Origin: Octopus sinensis
Taxonomy: Eukaryota
Reading direction: 5' to 3'
Length of the DNA stretch: 64,000 nt
Assembly (NCBI RefSeq): GCF_006345805.1
Contig: NW_021834241.1
Location: forward strand, 8,628 to 72,627
Positions 59,535 to 64,000 of this stretch are shown in pieces (within the stretch, counting starts at the first letter, position 1; each line of letters begins with the position of its first letter). The position numbers and the translations under genes were made by a program. Under the pieces are notes generated by a model, which saw only the letters and a list, made by a program, of their open reading frames with translations, was not told the origin of the DNA and ran no database searches.

Positions 59535-60246
59535 AAGGGCAAAGGATGTGGGGGACAATACAAAAACAGACATAAAGTGTTGGGGCTTACATATAATGAA
59601 ATGATAAAAAAACAAATGAAAGAATGAAATAAGGTGCCCCAGCATGGCCGCGGCTTTCGGGCTAAAACATTTATAAGGATATAGGCGCAGGAGTGGCTGT
59701 ATGATAAGTAGCTTGCTAACCAACCACATGGTTCCGGGTTCAGTCCCACTGTGTGGCATCTTGGGTAAGTGTCTTCTACTATAGCCCCGGGCCGACCAAT
59801 GTCTTGTGAGTGGATTTGGTAGACGGAAACTGAAAGAAGCCTGTCGTATATATGTATATATATATATATGCGTGTGTGTGTTTGTGTGTCTGTGTTTGTC
59901 CCCCTAGCATTGCTTGACAACCGATGCTGGTGTGTTTATGTCCTCGTTACTTAGCAATTCGGCAAAAAAGACCGATAGAATAAGTACTGGGCTTACAAAA
60001 GAATAAGTCCCGGGGTCGAGTTGCTTGATTAAAAGGCGGTGCTCCAGCATGGCCACAGTCAAATGACTGAAACAAGTAAAAGGGTAAAAGAGAGAGTAAG
60101 GGCAAAGGATGTGGGGGACAATACAAAGACAGACATAAAGTGTTGGGGTTTACATATAATGAAATGATAAAAAAACAAATAAAAGAATGAAAGAAGGTGC
60201 CCCAGCATGGCCGCGGCCTTCGGGCTAAAACATTTATAAAGATATA
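59535..60246 (+). mobile_element. Family A SINE (59684-60097) flanked by a 149-bp direct repeat
   Basis: 59535-59683 vs 60098-60246 show 6 mismatches in 149 bp. Confidence 0.9.
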
Positions 60247-60289
60247 AGGATATACACAATATATGCTGAAAACGAAGGGACATATGCAC

Positions 60290-60690
60290 AGTTTAAAAAA
60301 AAAGTGGTGGGGAGGATGATAGAGATGTGGCCTTCCTGTATCAGGAGGGCCTCTAGAAACCCTACTGTCCAAGATTTCCCTGTGAAACCCCAGGTGCAAG
60401 TGCCCTCACCAATTCTTTCTCTCTGACTCTTGCCATTTTCACAACTTTCGCCCACCTTTCAATAAACTCACTCAAGGACAGCACCTTCCTCTCCACTCTT
60501 AATTTCTTTTTCGAGTGAAACTTGAAGAAGACAATGAGAGCCCTGCAAAAATAAGAATGTATCTGTCCTCATGCCTTTCAGCCTTGTCCACCAAACAACC
60601 TTTTCACCACAGCCACCAGGCCAAGGAAAACAGACAGATCTGTCCCACATGTGACAACAGCTGTTCAACCCCAAGTCATATTTGGTTGAT
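60290..60690 (-). mobile_element. Tx1/L1-clade LINE, ORF2 C-terminal and 3' UTR fragment
   Basis: KVVWWTRLKGMRTDTFL, then (frameshifted) FFKFHSKKKLRVERKVLSLSEFIERWAKVVKMARV; this resembles the end of Tx1-type ORF2. Confidence 0.6.
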
Positions 60691-60844
60691 TAAAAATGTA
60701 ATGGCAAGTATTTATTGACCTTTTTCTTTCCTTTAAAAATCGGCACGAACTTCCCGGACAACTCAATATCTTGAACCAGTAGTGCCCACCACCCCCTGGT
60801 AGCACCGGCAGGCCAAATAATAATAATAATACTTTCTACTATAA

Positions 60845-61030
60845 AGACACGGACCAAAATTTAGTAGGAGGGGACTAGTTGAATATGTCAAACCCATTGT
60901 TTCACTGGTACTTAATTTATCGACCCCGAAAGGATGAAAGGCAAAGTTGACCTTAGCAGAATTTGAACACAGAATGTAATAAAGGGTGAAATACACGACT
61001 AAGCATTTTGCCTGGTGTAATAACAGTTCT
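60845..61030 (-). mobile_element. Meta-like SINE (family M), diverged
   Basis: CTGGTACTTAATTTATCGACCCCGAAAGGATGAAAGGCAAAGTTGACC. Confidence 0.75.
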
Positions 61031-61139
61031 GCCAACTTGCCACCTAAATAATAATAATAATATCTAATATAAGCACAAGGCTAGTTACTTGTGATGAATG
61101 ATAGATAGATATTTATTATATAGATTATATTATATAGAT

Positions 61140-61397
61140 ATCATCATCATCATCATCTTCGTTTAGTGTCCACTTTCCATGCTAGCATGGGTTTGACGGT
61201 TCAACTGGGGTCTGGGAAGCCAGAAGGCTGCACCAGGCTCAGTCTGATCTGGCAATGTTTCTACGGCTGGTTGCCCTTCCTAACGCCAACCACTCCGTGA
61301 GTGTAGTGGGTGCTTTTTACGTGCCACCAGCACAGGTGCCAGATGAGGCTGGCAAACGGCCACGATCAGATGGTGCTTTTTACATGCCACCGGCACG
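61140..61397 (-). mobile_element. Family B retroelement 3' end
   Basis: (CAT)n...TTCTACGGCTGGTTGCCCTTCCTAACGCC. Confidence 0.85.
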
Positions 61398-62334
61398 TAA
61401 AAATATATTATATTATATAGATTAATTATATAGATATTAATTATAATAGATATCAGTATTATCAATTCCAATAGCTGATGGGTATATTTTTTAGTGAGTG
61501 TGAAAAATGAAAGGCAAAGTTAACCCTGATGTTACACAACAGTTCAGGTAATATAGAAAAATGTCACATTGAGACAAATGGCAAAAAAAGTAGATAAACA
61601 AGAAAAAAATGAGATAGGTAATGAATAGATTAAATAAAACGAAGAATTTAATTAATCATTTACAAAAGCTATGAAGTAACAATAATATAATTAATCAGAA
61701 TTAAAAACAAATGAGATCATCATTGTATAAAACATCACTATAATAAAAAATAAAGCAATTTAACAAAACATGAGCTGATAGCACACCTGGATTATATCTA
61801 TTTACCTTTCAATTTAAAGAATGCCAAATGAGAGGAGGCTGTTAGCAGTGTGCAGCAGAATTAAAATTGAACAATGATATTTGTGAATATGTAAAAGTGC
61901 TACATACTCCCTGATAAAGTTCTTTGTGATATTTGTTCTCTTCTAATATGTAGGTGGCAGAGTTGTTAGAGTTATCATTCGAACTGGAATCCAACTCTCT
62001 ATGCTCTGAGTTCAAATCTAGTGAAGGTCATATTTTTTTCCTCCTCCATTTGAAGTCGATAAAGGAGTATGAATCCAGGGTGGAGGATTACTAAAAGAGA
62101 TGCCTTGTGATGCATCTTAACCTTTTGCTTGTATCTGTCATTGGACTGGGACCACCCTAGCACCTGTTCTCTCAGTCTCTTTTTGCCAAACTGCTGATTT
62201 ACAGAGACATAAACAAACCAACACCAGTTGTCAAGCAGTGCTGGTTTATTTAGTAAACACTAAGACACATGCATATACATGTATGCATATGCCTTGTGAG
62301 TAAATATGGCAAACAGAAACTGAAAGAAGCTCAT

Positions 62335-62419
<85 letters not shown>

Positions 62420-62927
62420 ATACACGCATATCTATAATATATATATATATATATATTATATATATTATATATATATTATATATATATATAAACAGTAAAG
62501 CAAGTACCCACATCAAAGGGGCAGATAAATGTTACAGTTTTTTAACCCCAGGCGGATTCTCCGCCAGCTGGTTTTCAGGCAAGTGCTGCATCCTTTATAT
62601 ACAATCGTATATAAAGGGTGCAGAGCTTGCACCAAAAACCAGGTGGCAGAGAATCCGCCTAGGGTTAAAGTAATAGTAACATTCATCAACCACTTTGATG
62701 TGGCTGCTTGCTTTGCTGTTTAATATATGTTACTACTCTATCTCTTCTTGAGATTTTATAACTGGCTATTTTGCTTATATACATATGTGTGTGCGTGTGT
62801 GTTTGTATATACCTATTCATGCATGTGTCTTTATGTTTGCGTGTGTGTTTGTCTCCTACCACCACTTAACAACCAGTGTTGGTTTATTTACATTATTTAC
62901 AATTTATGGATATCTTGTTTGTTGTAA

Positions 62928-62971
62928 ACACAACGTTTCGGCTGATATACCCTCCAGCCTTCATTAGGTGT
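62928..62971 (-). ncRNA. Minimal hammerhead ribozyme, G5 to A core mutation
   Basis: ACAC-CTAATGA-a-GGCTG-gagggtatat-CAGCC-GAAAC-GTT-GTGT. Confidence 0.6.
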
Positions 62972-63086
62972 CTTGGGAAATTTCGAACCTGGGTTCTCAT
63001 TTCCAAGGTATTTTTCGATGTTATTATTAAGAATACGAGCTACTAACCCCAAGATTCCAAGTTTGATTTCAGGTAGTGACCTGAAA

Positions 63087-63121
<35 letters not shown>

Positions 63122-63171
63122 TAATAATAATGATGATGATGATGATGATGATGATAATGATAATGATAATG

Positions 63172-63208
<37 letters not shown>

Positions 63209-63265
63209 TATTATTATTATTATATTATTATTATTATTATTATTATTATTATCATTATATTATCA

Positions 63266-63323
<58 letters not shown>

Positions 63324-63330
63324 TTATTTT
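63087..63330. repeat. (AAT)n/(GAT)n followed by (ATT)n: self-complementary trinucleotide tract
   Basis: Seen directly; strand polarity flips near 63207. Confidence 0.95.
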
Positions 63331-63388
63331 ATTAAAACAACATTAAAAATACCTTGGAATGAGAACCCAGGTTCGAAATTTCCCCAAG

Positions 63389-63432
63389 ACACCTGAAGAT
63401 GGCTGGAGGGTATATCAGCCGAAATGTTGTGT
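63389..63432 (+). ncRNA. Minimal hammerhead ribozyme (inverted partner of 62928-62971)
   Basis: ACAC-CTGAAGA-t-GGCTG-gagggtatat-CAGCC-GAAAT-GTT-GTGT: stem I ACAC/GTGT and 5-bp stem II. Confidence 0.7.
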
Positions 63433-64000
63433 TGACAACAAACATGATGAGAACAAACATTCATCAATTGTAAATAATGTAAATAGTGTACATAATTCCT
63501 CATCTCTTAAAACTAGAACCAGTGTTGGTTTGTTTATATCTTAGTAGCTTAGTGAAAAAGACTGATAGAAAAAGTGACAGGCTTGAAAATAAGTACTGGA
63601 GTCAAACTGTTCAATTAAGCCCTTAAGGCGGTGACTTAGCATGGCTGTAGTCCAGGGATTTAAATAAATAAAAGATGTGTGTGTGTGTGTGTGAATGTAT
63701 ATATGGTGGGTATACACATAGTTTCCATATATGGAAATGTGTGTAAACCAATCATAAATGCATACATACATACATACATACATACATACATACATACATA
63801 CAAGACCTAGGGATTTAGTAGAATACATTTAACCAAGGTGCTACTCAGCAGGATTGAACCTGAAACCTCATAGTTGTAAAGCAAGCTTTTTAATCAGAGC
63901 CGTGCCAAGCTGTTTGCGTTCTGGCAGCAATAGCCGTGATGACATGGGAGTCAAGCTCTGTTGACCCAGCATAGTGACCTTTCCTTGGATAAACATGGTA

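Overview
A 64-kb, AT-rich eukaryotic window made almost entirely of interspersed repeats and microsatellites. The repeat families (tRNA/CORE-like SINE, Meta-like SINE, V-like (GAT)n-tailed elements, RTE LINEs, Tc1/mariner relics) and the dense (TA)n/(CA)n/(TACA)n/(GAT)n tracts point to a coleoid cephalopod, probably Octopus; this is an inference and no database search was run. No host gene could be identified, only a few weak candidate exons. Nearly all ORFs in the supplied track are microsatellite or SINE artefacts. The real coding relics are two RTE LINE fragments, a Tx1/L1 fragment and five Tc1/mariner transposase relics. The most striking unexplained structure is a set of sequence-distinct non-coding repeats carrying minimal type I hammerhead-ribozyme folds (Penelope/retrozyme-like). 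Most occur as inverted pairs, headed by an 820-bp, about 99% perfect palindrome at 27330-28149 with one intact-looking hammerhead per arm. Other notable items: a non-autonomous RTE derivative sharing its 3' tail with a triple-C2H2 RTE LINE, an apparent templated insertion copied from 11 kb away, a SINE flanked by a 149-bp direct repeat, a G-U-biased 41-bp hairpin and an 86-bp spacerless palindrome. All coordinates and alignments were read by eye.
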